Program-made: the position numbers and the translations under genes
The notes under the pieces: model-generated
The model's input: the letters and a program-made list of their open reading frames with translations, nothing else
The model's database searches: none
What the model was told of the DNA's origin: nothing
Shown here: piece after piece, positions 33,338 through 43,176 of the stretch
Position numbering within the stretch: the first letter of the stretch is position 1
Layout of the letters: every line of letters begins with the position of its first letter
From: Flavobacteriales bacterium
GTDB taxonomy: Bacteria; Bacteroidota; Bacteroidia; CAIKAF01
Assembly (NCBI GenBank): GCA_018401695.1
Contig: JAGYKD010000001.1
Span: 1,116,016 to 1,180,015 of the forward strand
Direction of reading: 5' to 3'
DNA length: 64,000 bases

Positions 33338-34341
33338 GAAATTCGGTCTACAGCATAATCCTTGCCTTTGCCCTCACCGGGTGTTTTAAGGAAGACGAAC
33401 CGGTGCCTCCTTACGTTTCACCGGAAGGAGTTACCACCGTGGTAGCTGAAATTGGACCGGACTACGGTACCCAACTCTTTTACGATTTGGAAACCAACAC
33501 CTTTTTTCCGCCGGTGCATCGGAATTCCTGGGATTTGGCCTTTTCATGCGAAGCCAACAACCCGGAAGTACGCATAAATGGCGCAAAGCTCATGCGGGTA
33601 TACGATTTGGGGGCCGTAGGTTTTGAGGCTGCTCAACTGCCTACGGGGAGCTTGGAATGGGAAGTAGATGCCCCATCCGGCAGTTCCGATTCCTTGGCCT
33701 TTGGCAGCTGGGGTAATCCACAAGACAACAAAGTGCTTTCCAACAACCACGTATATGTGGTAGATTTGGGTTTGAGCGTTACCGGGCAGCCTTTGGGCCG
33801 CAAAAAGGTCCAGTTTATTTCTTTCGAAAACCAAGTATTTACCCTGCGTTTTGGCGATTTGCAAGATCCCAATGGGTATCAGTTTCAGGTAGCCCAAGAC
33901 CCCAATTACAGCTTTCGATACCTGAGCTTGCAGGGACAGGGAGAGCTGGTGCAAGTGGCTCCCCCTAAAGAAGATTGGGACCTGATGTTCAGCCAATATA
34001 CCTCCTTGGTGCTCAATAACGAAACCGGCATTAAAGAACAGTATTCCGTGAATGGAGCATTGCTGAACCCTTATTTGGTGCAGGGCGACGTGCTTTTTGA
34101 TCTGGACTTTGAAAACATTGACTATACCGCGCTCAACCAAGTTTCTTGGACGGCACAATGGGATATCATTGGCTACGATTGGAAGGTTTACGACTTTGAT
34201 ATTTCCGGATACTACATTGCCACCGACCGAACGTATGTAGTGCAAAGCGTAGAGGGCAACTATTTTGCCTTTCGCTTCACCAGTTTTGTGAATCAGTTGG
34301 GGCAGCGTGGGTATCCTACCTTGGAGCTTCGACGACTGTAA
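33334..34341 (+). CDS. HmuY-family surface lipoprotein (two repeats)
   Basis: Lipobox LTGC followed by FKEDE; WDLAF, PPKEDWDLMF, IIGYDWK, G.RGYPT. Confidence 0.8.
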   Translation: MRNSVYSIILAFALTGCFKEDEPVPPYVSPEGVTTVVAEIGPDYGTQLFYDLETNTFFPPVHRNSWDLAFSCEANNPEVRINGAKLMRVYDLGAVGFEAAQLPTGSLEWEVDAPSGSSDSLAFGSWGNPQDNKVLSNNHVYVVDLGLSVTGQPLGRKKVQFISFENQVFTLRFGDLQDPNGYQFQVAQDPNYSFRYLSLQGQGELVQVAPPKEDWDLMFSQYTSLVLNNETGIKEQYSVNGALLNPYLVQGDVLFDLDFENIDYTALNQVSWTAQWDIIGYDWKVYDFDISGYYIATDRTYVVQSVEGNYFAFRFTSFVNQLGQRGYPTLELRRL

Positions 34342-34430
34342 GCCTTTTTATTTCCTTTTTTTCTTTAGCATTGCTTTCAGTCTTTCTAGTATGGCAGGGT
34401 ATTGTACATTTGCCCTATTAAGGAAGCCAT

Positions 34431-36176
34431 ATGCTACGTAGCCATACTTGTGGAGAATTAAGCGCCGAACATTTGGGAGAGGAAGTGCGCCTGTGCGGCT
34501 GGGTGCAACGCAACCGTGACTTGGGAGGAATGACCTTTGTCGACTTGCGTGACCGCTATGGAATAACCCAATTGGCCTTTAACATGGAGGCCCGCCCTGA
34601 ACTGTGTGCCGCAGCGCGTAAACTCGGACGAGAATTCGTTATTGAAGTGCAGGGAACGGTTACCGAACGCGAAAGCAAAAATCCCAATTTACCCACCGGT
34701 GATATTGAGATCCGAGTGCTTCAGCTCAAGGTCTTGAATGCCAGCGAAACGCCGCCTTTTACCATCGAAAGCCACAGCGATGGGGGCGAAGAACTCCGCA
34801 TGAAATACCGCTATTTGGACCTCCGCCGGCCTCCTTTGCAACAGCACATGGAATTGAGGCATAAAACCGCCTTGGCAGTGCGCAACTTTTTGAGCGGTGA
34901 AGGGTTTTTGGAAATCGAAACTCCTTTCTTAATCAAATCCACACCCGAAGGAGCCAGGGACTTTGTAGTGCCCAGTTCCATGCACCCGGGCCAAGCCTAT
35001 GCTTTGCCTCAATCGCCACAAACCTTTAAGCAATTGCTTATGGTGGGCGGCTACGATCGATACTTCCAAATTGTTCGTTGTTTTAGAGACGAGGATTTGC
35101 GTGCCGACCGGCAACCGGAGTTTACGCAAATCGACTGCGAAATGGCCTTTGTAGAACGCGAAGACATTTTGAAAACCTTTGAAGCCCTTACCCGCCATAT
35201 TTTTAAAGCAGTGCGGGGCATTGAATTGCCCGAATTTAAGCGCCTGGCCTACGACGAAGCCATGCAACGCTTTGGCTCCGACAAACCCGATCTCCGATTT
35301 GGTATGGAGCTGAACAACCTGAGCCAACAAGCCAAAAACGGAAAGTTTACCATTTTTGAGTCGGCACAATCCATTCAAGCCATTGTGGTTCCGGCTGCGG
35401 CGGAATGGACCCGGAAGCAAATCGATGCCTGGACCGACTGGGTAAAACGTCCTCAAATTGGCGCCTCCGGCATGGTTTGGCTTAAATGCCAGGCCGATGG
35501 CAGTTTTAAATCTTCGGTCGATAAATTTTATGCCGAAGAAGAGCTGGCCTCCATGGCCCAAACAGCAGGCGCCGGCCCTGGCGACCTAATGCTCTTTCTT
35601 AGCGGCGACACCGCCAGGGTGCAAAAGCAATTGGGGCAGCTGCGGCTTGCCATTGCCGAGAGCTTGGGACTGCGCAACCCCGATGAATTTTGTCCCCTTT
35701 GGGTGCTTGATTTTCCCATGCTTGAATTCGATGAGGAGGCAGGCCGTTGGTTTGCCATGCACCACCCATTCACCAGTCCGTATACCGACGACCTCCAAAA
35801 AGTGCATAGCGATCCCGGGGCCATTCGCGCCAATGCTTACGACTTGGTGCTTAACGGCAACGAAATTGCCGGAGGCTCCATTCGTATTCACGACCGTGAA
35901 ATTCAGGCTAAGGTTTTCGACTTGCTTGGCTTTACCCAGCAAGAAGCGGAACAGCAGTTTGGTTTTTTACTCAATGCCTTTCGCTACGGAGCCCCTCCCC
36001 ACGGAGGTATTGCTTTTGGATTTGACCGGCTTTGCGCCTTGCTTGGCGGTAGCGAAACCATTCGCGATTTCATCGCATTCCCCAAGAACAACGCCGGCCG
36101 AGATTTAATGATCGACGCACCTTCCCCCCTTGCCCCCCAACAATGGAACGAACTCGGACTCAAAACCGACGCGTAA
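34431..36176 (+). CDS. aspS: Aspartate--tRNA ligase
   Basis: [46 protein letters not shown]. Confidence 0.99.
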   Translation: MLRSHTCGELSAEHLGEEVRLCGWVQRNRDLGGMTFVDLRDRYGITQLAFNMEARPELCAAARKLGREFVIEVQGTVTERESKNPNLPTGDIEIRVLQLKVLNASETPPFTIESHSDGGEELRMKYRYLDLRRPPLQQHMELRHKTALAVRNFLSGEGFLEIETPFLIKSTPEGARDFVVPSSMHPGQAYALPQSPQTFKQLLMVGGYDRYFQIVRCFRDEDLRADRQPEFTQIDCEMAFVEREDILKTFEALTRHIFKAVRGIELPEFKRLAYDEAMQRFGSDKPDLRFGMELNNLSQQAKNGKFTIFESAQSIQAIVVPAAAEWTRKQIDAWTDWVKRPQIGASGMVWLKCQADGSFKSSVDKFYAEEELASMAQTAGAGPGDLMLFLSGDTARVQKQLGQLRLAIAESLGLRNPDEFCPLWVLDFPMLEFDEEAGRWFAMHHPFTSPYTDDLQKVHSDPGAIRANAYDLVLNGNEIAGGSIRIHDREIQAKVFDLLGFTQQEAEQQFGFLLNAFRYGAPPHGGIAFGFDRLCALLGGSETIRDFIAFPKNNAGRDLMIDAPSPLAPQQWNELGLKTDA

Positions 36177-36913
36177 GGGCGGTTTTTTCGTCCCTTTGGC
36201 AAGCTTGGTTTGCTCTGCATTTTTTGGGTACACTATTCTTGTACTATGCGCCCCTCAAGTGGTGTTTTAGCAAAAAAAAGTTCGCAACAGCTTTGTGGCT
36301 CCAGCGGCGGTGGGCCGCCTACCTTAGGTTGGTTACCGGCATTCGCCTCCGGCAAAGCGGCCCAAAGCCTACGCAGTTCCCCGTGGTTTATATAGCCAAC
36401 CACGCCAATTTTCTGGACATAATTTTGGCCTACGGCCTCGTTCCCGACTATTTTCATTTCATGGCCAAACACAGTTTAGCTAAGGTGCCTTTGTTCCGCA
36501 TTCTTTTTCACAACAGCCATATTCCCTTCGATCGACACAACCCGCGCGAAGCCATGCGCGCTTTTATTCGTGCCCGCAACGACCTAAAGGCCGGTCGATC
36601 CATTTTTATATTTCCGGAGGCTACCCAAAACACCGGCGCACCACAGTTGCTTCCCTTTAAGGACGGGGCTTTTCGACTGGCATTGGCCACCGGAGCTCCC
36701 ATCGTTCCTTTGGTTTTTCACAACAATTACCGTTTGCTGGCGCACCAGCGCAAACTTTTTGCACGCGACACCTGGGGACGCCCCGGCAAGGCTCAAGTGA
36801 GCTTTTTGCCGGCCATCGACGCCCGCATGAGCCACTGCGACCCGGAAACTCTGGCCGAAGAAGTCCGTGTTCAAATGCAAGAATGTTTGAATCGAGGCTT
36901 TTCGAAGGGGTAG
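36143..36913 (+). CDS. 1-acyl-sn-glycerol-3-phosphate acyltransferase (PlsC family); start uncertain
   Basis: NH..FLD, F.AK.SL, IFPE.T, PFKDGAF. Confidence 0.88.
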   Translation: MERTRTQNRRVRAVFSSLWQAWFALHFLGTLFLYYAPLKWCFSKKKFATALWLQRRWAAYLRLVTGIRLRQSGPKPTQFPVVYIANHANFLDIILAYGLVPDYFHFMAKHSLAKVPLFRILFHNSHIPFDRHNPREAMRAFIRARNDLKAGRSIFIFPEATQNTGAPQLLPFKDGAFRLALATGAPIVPLVFHNNYRLLAHQRKLFARDTWGRPGKAQVSFLPAIDARMSHCDPETLAEEVRVQMQECLNRGFSKG

Positions 36914-36920
36914 TTTTTGG

Positions 36921-37064
36921 CGCCCAACCGGGCCCTCCCTTCAAGTCCTCCTTTGGAAAGCACCGAGGGCTAAGGCATGCGTGGGCCCCAAAAGAATCGG
37001 GGCCTCCGCGGCCCAAGCCCCCGGGCATTCCAAAGTCCGGGCTTTCCGTACCGGTCCCTGGGCG
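36921..37064 (-). repeat. Structured palindromic element, family A copy A3 (144 bp)
   Basis: CGCCCA..TGGGCG termini; arms CTTTGGAA/TTCCAAAG and CCGGGGGCT/AGCCCTCGG; GGAAAGCCCG and GGAGGACTTG loops correspond to A1/A2. Confidence 0.75.
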
Positions 37065-37199
37065 GTGTATCTTTGGTGTTTCTTAATAAACAATGAAACG
37101 CTTGCAGCAGCTTCAAAATGGTTTATCCCTATTGGAATGGCCCTGTTTTTTACCCTCCAACTTAGAAAACGCTCAATGGCTTGGGCCTTTTGTTTAGAT

Positions 37200-38444
37200 T
37201 TATTCGTGCTTGCTTTGCTCGCTATCCTCGCTTTCGCTATCGTCCGAAGCGGTCCCATTGTCTTCCAAAGCTTCTTTTTCGGTCCTGGGTTTTTTATGCA
37301 CCATTAACCCCACCATCATTACCAAGGCGGTCAAAATAATGACCTGAATAATTAAGGGTTTGGTTACCAAGGGTATTCGAAACGCTGCCGGAATAGACAA
37401 AAACAGCAAAATGGTAATTAGACCGCGCGGGGCAATAAAGAGCAAGGGAAGCGGATGCAAGCGAAGCAGGCGTAACTGTATGTAGCGAACCAGAAAAATG
37501 CCCCCGCAAATGCCGCCTGCCCAAGCCAGGGATTGAAGATCTAACAGCTCTTGAACGTCAATAAGAAAACCGAAAAGCAAGAAAAACAGCGACCGTACCA
37601 AAAAAGTGGCTTCGGTGGTTAAATCCTTGAATTTGCCTACTTCCTTATCCAACACGTCCGGTTTAAAAACCTGCATCCATTTAAAGCGCCTCAGTTCATC
37701 TAAGTTGCCTAAGAACAAGCCAAACACCATGATAAATATCAGGGCCGGCAAATGGTAAATTTTTGAAATACCGTAAATAATGAGCACCAATAAAATAATA
37801 GGTACAAACTTGATGTGGTGGTTTATTTTGGAGAGTAAAAAGGAAAGGCCGGCTGTGGCCACAAACGAAATGAGGCACATTAATAAAATTTCCCACAAAA
37901 ACAGCAGCACTTCGGAGCCTCCAATGCCCTCGTTGAGCAAAAAAAAGTTGAAAAAGATGACGCCCAGAATATCGGAAAGGCTGGATTCATACACCACAAA
38001 CTCCTGCCTGGGCTTGCTTAAGTTGCGTGCACTGGGAATGGCAATGGCACTGCTAATAATAAAAATAGGAATAGTGCTCAGTAAGCTGGCTTTAACCGGG
38101 TAGTGCAACACACCAATGAAAACGGCCGCCAAACCACCACTCAACAACACCAAAGCCAACAAAGCCATCCAAAAGGCCCGATTTAATAGGGTAAGCTTTG
38201 ATTTGTTGAACTCCAAATCAAGCGAGCCTTCCAACACAATTAAAATAAGACCAACCGTCCCTAAAAGGGGCAATAATGGCTCCAAATCCGGAACATCGAC
38301 CCATAAATAAACCGTAACCTCCTTTGCCAACCAGCCCAGCACCAACAACAAAATCACCGAAGGGATTTTGGTTTTTGCCGAGGTAATATCAAAGATATAT
38401 CCCAACAAAATTAAGGTGCACAAGGTGATAAGAATGATTTCCAT
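37200..38444 (-). CDS. Cation:proton antiporter
   Basis: GLILIVLEG, SSAIAIPS, YESSLSDILG, APRGLIT; about 12 TM. Confidence 0.9.
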   Translation of the reverse strand: MEIILITLCTLILLGYIFDITSAKTKIPSVILLLVLGWLAKEVTVYLWVDVPDLEPLLPLLGTVGLILIVLEGSLDLEFNKSKLTLLNRAFWMALLALVLLSGGLAAVFIGVLHYPVKASLLSTIPIFIISSAIAIPSARNLSKPRQEFVVYESSLSDILGVIFFNFFLLNEGIGGSEVLLFLWEILLMCLISFVATAGLSFLLSKINHHIKFVPIILLVLIIYGISKIYHLPALIFIMVFGLFLGNLDELRRFKWMQVFKPDVLDKEVGKFKDLTTEATFLVRSLFFLLFGFLIDVQELLDLQSLAWAGGICGGIFLVRYIQLRLLRLHPLPLLFIAPRGLITILLFLSIPAAFRIPLVTKPLIIQVIILTALVMMVGLMVHKKPRTEKEALEDNGTASDDSESEDSEQSKHE

Positions 38445-38525
38445 AGACAATTTGGCTTAAGCGTAAAGATAGGGCTCCTGTGGCAACTAATTTTCATTCG
38501 CTGCTTTGGCAATGTATCTTTAGGT

Positions 38526-39467
38526 ATGAAATCCTTGTGTTTAATTCGACTTTCGGGTAAGCCTGAGCAGCAAGCCGACTGGCCATGGTTGCATGCTTGG
38601 CTCTTACATCACTATCCTGAATTCAGCTCCTTCAGCTCCACACGGCAAAAAGTACCGGCCCATGCCCGATTGGTGTTTTTTACCGATTCGGATACTAAGG
38701 AAGCTATTCAGGTTTGGAAGGTTTGGAAAAATAGGCTTCAAGGACCTGAGGGAAAGCTCCCTGCCGATATGGTGCTATGGGCTCCAGGCACACCTTCGGA
38801 AGAATGGCTTAAACAAGGCTTTCATTGGTTGGTCCATGGACCCGGCACTTACTCCCTAGTGCTTTTGCTCCAAGCCTTGGAACAGCCTTTGAATCCTTTT
38901 TTTGATAAAATCCCCGGCATTGCTTTTCAAAATATGCTGGGTAAAATGAGCGTACAAGAGGCTGTTTTTTCGCACGACTCGGAGGAGTGGTGCGCCTCCC
39001 TTGTTCCTATCAAGCATGCCGTTCCTTTTGTTCCCATAGATCATGCCGGGCCGGCCATTCCCCTTGAACTTTGGCCCCAAACCCCTACACTTTTGTATGC
39101 CCAAAACAGCCCTGAAGAAGTTCCGGAGGCACAGGATAGTCCTTATTCGGTGGTGCTTTCGCCCCAAGCTTCGCGTGAGGCTACCGGACCGGTGCCGGGG
39201 ATTCGTTCGGTGTTGACCGCATGGCCGGCAGCTTGGCCCTCAGAAGCACCCTTGTATGTGCTCCCATGGCAAGACCACTGGCCGGGATTGCCGGGACATT
39301 TGCCCATTCCCCAAGTGGTTCAACCTTTGGAATGGAAGGGTTGGCACCCTTTGTTTCCAAAACATTCGGCCAAACAACGCAAGCGCATACATAGGCATTG
39401 GTCCGGAGCTATAAAACAACTGCATAAAGCGACCCAAAGGCCATTTTTTATGTTTTGGAAACGTTAA
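38526..39467 (+). CDS. Hypothetical protein, possibly degenerate B12-binding radical-SAM relative
   Basis: Long ORF in gap; GPGTYSL..L....IPGIAFQN resembles GEGE..IPGIAF; no CxxxCxxC. Confidence 0.55.
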   Translation: MKSLCLIRLSGKPEQQADWPWLHAWLLHHYPEFSSFSSTRQKVPAHARLVFFTDSDTKEAIQVWKVWKNRLQGPEGKLPADMVLWAPGTPSEEWLKQGFHWLVHGPGTYSLVLLLQALEQPLNPFFDKIPGIAFQNMLGKMSVQEAVFSHDSEEWCASLVPIKHAVPFVPIDHAGPAIPLELWPQTPTLLYAQNSPEEVPEAQDSPYSVVLSPQASREATGPVPGIRSVLTAWPAAWPSEAPLYVLPWQDHWPGLPGHLPIPQVVQPLEWKGWHPLFPKHSAKQRKRIHRHWSGAIKQLHKATQRPFFMFWKR

Positions 39468-39556
39468 GCATGCTTAATTTGGTAACCAAGTCCCTGATTT
39501 TTCGTTCATTATATATGCAAGTTTTGATGTTGCTTGCCGCTTTTTAAAACGAAATT

Positions 39557-40105
39557 ATGCGCTTTACTTTTGTGATGTGTCTGTTTGTATTGTTGGGTTC
39601 GGTTCTTGTTCAAGGACAAGTGCCCCAGTGGCATATAAACCCTGAAAAGATTGAGGTAAACTTTAAAATAAAAAACTTTGGATTCTGGGTGGACGGAACC
39701 CTAAGTGGAGTAGAAGCAACCATGTTTTTTGACCCTTCCAATTTGGACGAGAGCAAGATAGAAGGTGCGGTAAGTGCTTCCAGCATCCATACCGATAACA
39801 ATACCCGCGATAAACATTTGCGTAGCGAAGATTACTTTCATGTAGATAAGTTTCCAAAGCTTCGCATGGTATCCACCAAAATTACCCAAGGAGAAGGCGT
39901 ATTTAATTTCTTTGGAACGCTCACCATGCATGGCATTTCTAAGGACATAAACTTCCCCTTTATTTTTGCTTCCAAAGATGGAGAGGCCCTTTTAACCGCG
40001 AGGTTTGTGGTTAATCGTCAAGATTTTGAAATTGGCCCTTCCGGCCCTCCCGGAGATGAGGTGCACGTAAGTTTAGGGATAGCTTTTAAAAAAGCGAGTC
40101 CTTAA
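39557..40105 (+). CDS. YceI family protein
   Basis: Signal peptide; SI.T.N..RD.HL.S.DYF...KFP, GTLTMHG.SK. Confidence 0.93.
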   Translation: MRFTFVMCLFVLLGSVLVQGQVPQWHINPEKIEVNFKIKNFGFWVDGTLSGVEATMFFDPSNLDESKIEGAVSASSIHTDNNTRDKHLRSEDYFHVDKFPKLRMVSTKITQGEGVFNFFGTLTMHGISKDINFPFIFASKDGEALLTARFVVNRQDFEIGPSGPPGDEVHVSLGIAFKKASP

Positions 40106-40971
40106 ATCAAACGAATCGGGTCACCTTCCCCCGGAATAAGTTTGAATTTTCCTGTTTGCCAATCCTGCTTGGCCTGCGCTAAACGCTCCTGGGAAGAGGC
40201 TACAAAATTCCAGTAAATAAAGCGTTCCTCCGGAAAAGCTTCTCCTCCAAAAATCAGCAAGCGGCTGCCTGCTTCCAGTTCAAACTGGCAAGGGGCACCC
40301 GGTTTGGCTGCCAACATATTTCCCGGTCCAATACGTTCGCCACAGGTGCTGAATCCCCCTTCGACTACAGATATTCCCCATTCCCCCAAAAAGCGCTCGT
40401 CAGGGCTTATGCTTGCCGGGTTTTCGGTGTTCCATTCCATCATATAGAGTGGAGAATAGACCGGTACCGGACTTTTATGGCCGCCAAAACTACCCGCCAC
40501 CAAACGCATCTGTACGCCCGATTCTTCCCAATAGGGCAAGTCTTTGGCCGCTACATGGTGAAACTCGGCAGGCATGTGCTCTTTTTCTTTGGGAAGCGCC
40601 ACCCAAACCTGGTATCCGTGCACAAGATAGCTACCTCCATCTCTCCAATGCACAGGAGTACGTTCGGTATGCACTACGCCGCTACCTGCGGTCATCCAGT
40701 TTACCGAGCCGGGTCGAATGATTTGGTCGCTGCCCAAACTGTCTTTGTGGTGTATGGCCCCTTCGAGCAACCAAGTGAGGGTAGACAGACCAATGTGCGG
40801 GTGCTGGCCTATGTCCATATAATGACCCGGCCCCACCGTGGAAGGGCCCATATGGTCAATGAAAATAAAAGGTCCTACCATGCGCTTTTTGCGGAAGGGC
40901 AAAAGCCTGCCTACTAAAAAATCGCCGATGTCTCGGCTTCGTTCGGGGATGATTTGGTGGATGTTGGACAT
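40102..40971 (-). CDS. Pirin family protein
   Basis: GPFIFIDHMGP, HPHIGL, H.DSLG, WMTAG.G..H.E, WNFV. Confidence 0.95.
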   Translation of the reverse strand: MSNIHQIIPERSRDIGDFLVGRLLPFRKKRMVGPFIFIDHMGPSTVGPGHYMDIGQHPHIGLSTLTWLLEGAIHHKDSLGSDQIIRPGSVNWMTAGSGVVHTERTPVHWRDGGSYLVHGYQVWVALPKEKEHMPAEFHHVAAKDLPYWEESGVQMRLVAGSFGGHKSPVPVYSPLYMMEWNTENPASISPDERFLGEWGISVVEGGFSTCGERIGPGNMLAAKPGAPCQFELEAGSRLLIFGGEAFPEERFIYWNFVASSQERLAQAKQDWQTGKFKLIPGEGDPIRLI

Positions 40972-41072
40972 AAAAATCTTTTTGGGAAGGTAGCTAATCC
41001 GGTCAATGTTTGGAATGGCTTACAATATTCTGACGCATCAAAACCATATGCCCCCAATCTTGTTTTTTAGCC

Positions 41073-41738
41073 ATGTACAACAAAAAGCGGAGCATTAAAG
41101 GTCAAAAATGGATTCTAGCAGGGACCCAAAGCCCTTGGGCTTTGGGTTTGGCCGAAACCTTGCTTGTGGCGGGGGTACAATTGCTGGCTTTTTCTATGAC
41201 AGAAACAGAGAATCAGCGATTCCGGAAACAAATGGCCGCTTGGGGCGACCAGCTCATTTGCCTCCATGGAGATTTGTATGCACCACAGGCCCAGAAAGAG
41301 TTAAAAGAACACGTGCAAGAAGCATGGTCCTATGCCGATGGCATTGTTTTTCCGGGTTTTGAACCCCAATACACCGGACCTTTCAGAGCGTTAAACCACG
41401 AAACTTGGCTCGCTGTGTTCGAAAGAACCTTGAATTTTCCTGCCCGCATGCACCGTTGCTTTTTGCCCTTGCTCGAACGCAGTCCCGAAGAAGCTTTTTT
41501 GGTACAGGTGGGACATACCGGTATTTTAGAGCCTATGCCCAATGCTGCGGTGTATGGCATGGTAGCTGCCGCACAACACAATTTATTGCTCAGCCTTAAG
41601 GAAGAATGGAAAGCCGCCCATATATATCCTTTAGAAATTATGTTGCCTTGGCAAGACTTGAAACAAAACGAAGACTTTAAGGCTCTGGGCCTAGAATTAG
41701 GTCGACAAATATTACGCTTGATTCAAAGTCCTTCTTAA
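41073..41738 (+). CDS. Atypical short-chain dehydrogenase/reductase
   Basis: SDR-like layout, but Gly motif degenerate and YGMVA in place of YxxxK. Confidence 0.65.
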   Translation: MYNKKRSIKGQKWILAGTQSPWALGLAETLLVAGVQLLAFSMTETENQRFRKQMAAWGDQLICLHGDLYAPQAQKELKEHVQEAWSYADGIVFPGFEPQYTGPFRALNHETWLAVFERTLNFPARMHRCFLPLLERSPEEAFLVQVGHTGILEPMPNAAVYGMVAAAQHNLLLSLKEEWKAAHIYPLEIMLPWQDLKQNEDFKALGLELGRQILRLIQSPS

Positions 41739-42022
41739 CGAGTTTTCTCTAACCATTTGTTAGACACCTAAGCCTTGAACGATTTTTTGCCAAAGCGCCC
41801 TAAGTTAAGACTTTGTGGAGCTATTGGTTACCCAGCTCAGGTAGTTGTTGGGGTGAATGAGTTGGTAGGAAGCTTCGGGATAGGCGTTTATCCATGCTTT
41901 TGGAGCATGGATTTTGCGGTTGGGGTACCATTTAAAGCTCATTTAACGCCCTTTTTGAGCTACAAAAGACAATGGTTTGAGCTGTATGTGTTTCAATTCC
42001 TTATAACCTAGCGGTCTTTTTG

Positions 42023-42190
42023 GGGCCTTGCCTATAGGAAGTTTTAGTATTTTATCCGGCACTTGTTCCGGCCAGCCTTGGCTCCGGTGCTTGGGGGCGG
42101 GTTCCGGGTTCCGAGCTAAGGCTCGGAATCCTCACCCTGCCCCCAACAACCCCTTTGCCTGCGGCGGGTCCTCCCTTGGTGCCGGGGGCC
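42023..42190 (-). repeat. Structured palindromic element, family B copy B2 (168 bp)
   Basis: Minus strand GGCCCCCGGCACCAAGGGAGGACCCGCCGCAG..AAGGCTGGCCGGAACAAGTGCCGGATA..AGGCCC; ends near-identical to B4. Confidence 0.88.
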
Positions 42191-42283
42191 ACACCTTTTG
42201 AAATCCTTTACGCTAAAGCAACCCGGCCTTCCGCCATTTTAAAACCATTTTTGGGAGGGCAGAAGACCTTAACTCTAAGGAGC

Positions 42284-42916
42284 CTAAGCCAACCGCTCCT
42301 CCAAAGCCCCAAAAAAGTCGCCCAAATCCCTGCCGTCCATGAGGGAGTGGTGCACTTCCAAGGACAAGGGCATAAAATGTCTGCCATTGATTTCCTTGAT
42401 TTTTCCACTCACAATTCTGGGCCAATGGTCGCTGTAAGCTTCCCGATGCGGGTTTTTAAATGCCGTAAAATGCACCCAAGGCAAAACGCTAAAAAAGGCA
42501 ATGTCGTTGCGGGAATCGTTGGGTTGCAGGCCGGGTACTTCTTTTTGGGAGGCCAATACCGATTGTCCATGGACCACAAACTGTTCCAAGTCGCATTGGT
42601 ACCCAAAATCGGCAAAATAAAAGCTACCGTCTTCGCGTGCTACGGTGCAGCCGGCATCTACATGATCGTACAAACACAAGTTTTCTTGGTCGTGAAAGCG
42701 CAAGCGCCAGGCCGGAAGTTCGTCCATAACCATTAAGGCTTGGTGCACATACTTTAGAAAGAATGGCGTATTGGAGTCTTGGCGCGCCCTGCTGACTTCA
42801 ATTTGAGCGGTAAGCATAAAAAAGGGGTCTTGGTAATCCCTAAAAAAAAGGTACGTTCCTTTGCGTTTCCAGCTGTCCAAAGGAAACCATTGAAAGGCAT
42901 GTTTTTCCTGAGCCAT
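42284..42916 (-). CDS. CatA-like (chloramphenicol) O-acetyltransferase
   Basis: W.RK..Y.FF, FS.LPWV.FT, P.I..GK, catalytic VHHSLMDG; start MAQEK. Confidence 0.88.
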   Translation of the reverse strand: MAQEKHAFQWFPLDSWKRKGTYLFFRDYQDPFFMLTAQIEVSRARQDSNTPFFLKYVHQALMVMDELPAWRLRFHDQENLCLYDHVDAGCTVAREDGSFYFADFGYQCDLEQFVVHGQSVLASQKEVPGLQPNDSRNDIAFFSVLPWVHFTAFKNPHREAYSDHWPRIVSGKIKEINGRHFMPLSLEVHHSLMDGRDLGDFFGALEERLA

Positions 42917-42959
42917 GAACAAAGGTACAAACACACAGCGGAAGGAATGATAGAGAGTA

Positions 42960-43126
42960 GGCCCCCGGCCGGGTGGATGCCCGGCGGCTGCGGCCTGCGC
43001 CAAGGGCGGGCCGAGGAGGCGGACCTTTGGGGAGCCACCGCAGGCCCTTGCCCTTGGCAGCAGGGGGCCGCCGAAGGCAGGAACCGGGGCCGGATAGAAT
43101 ACCGGCACTACCCATGGGCGAGGCCC
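42960..43126 (+). repeat. Structured palindromic element, family B copy B3 (167 bp)
   Basis: GGCCCCCGGCC head; GGCCGAGGAGGCG..GGAGCCACCGCAGGCC centre; GGCCGGATAGAATAC..AGGCCC tail; arm GCCAAGGGC/GCCCTTGGC. Confidence 0.85.
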
Positions 43127-43176
43127 CGCTTCTTCATTCCCTCTTTTTATTGGTAGTTTTGCAAAAACCGAAGGTT

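Noticed and set aside
42917-43176. Long N-terminal extensions of the CatA-like ORF (from 43108) and pepP (from 42973)
   Set aside because: Open frames through GC-rich element B3; family similarity starts at 42916 and 43177
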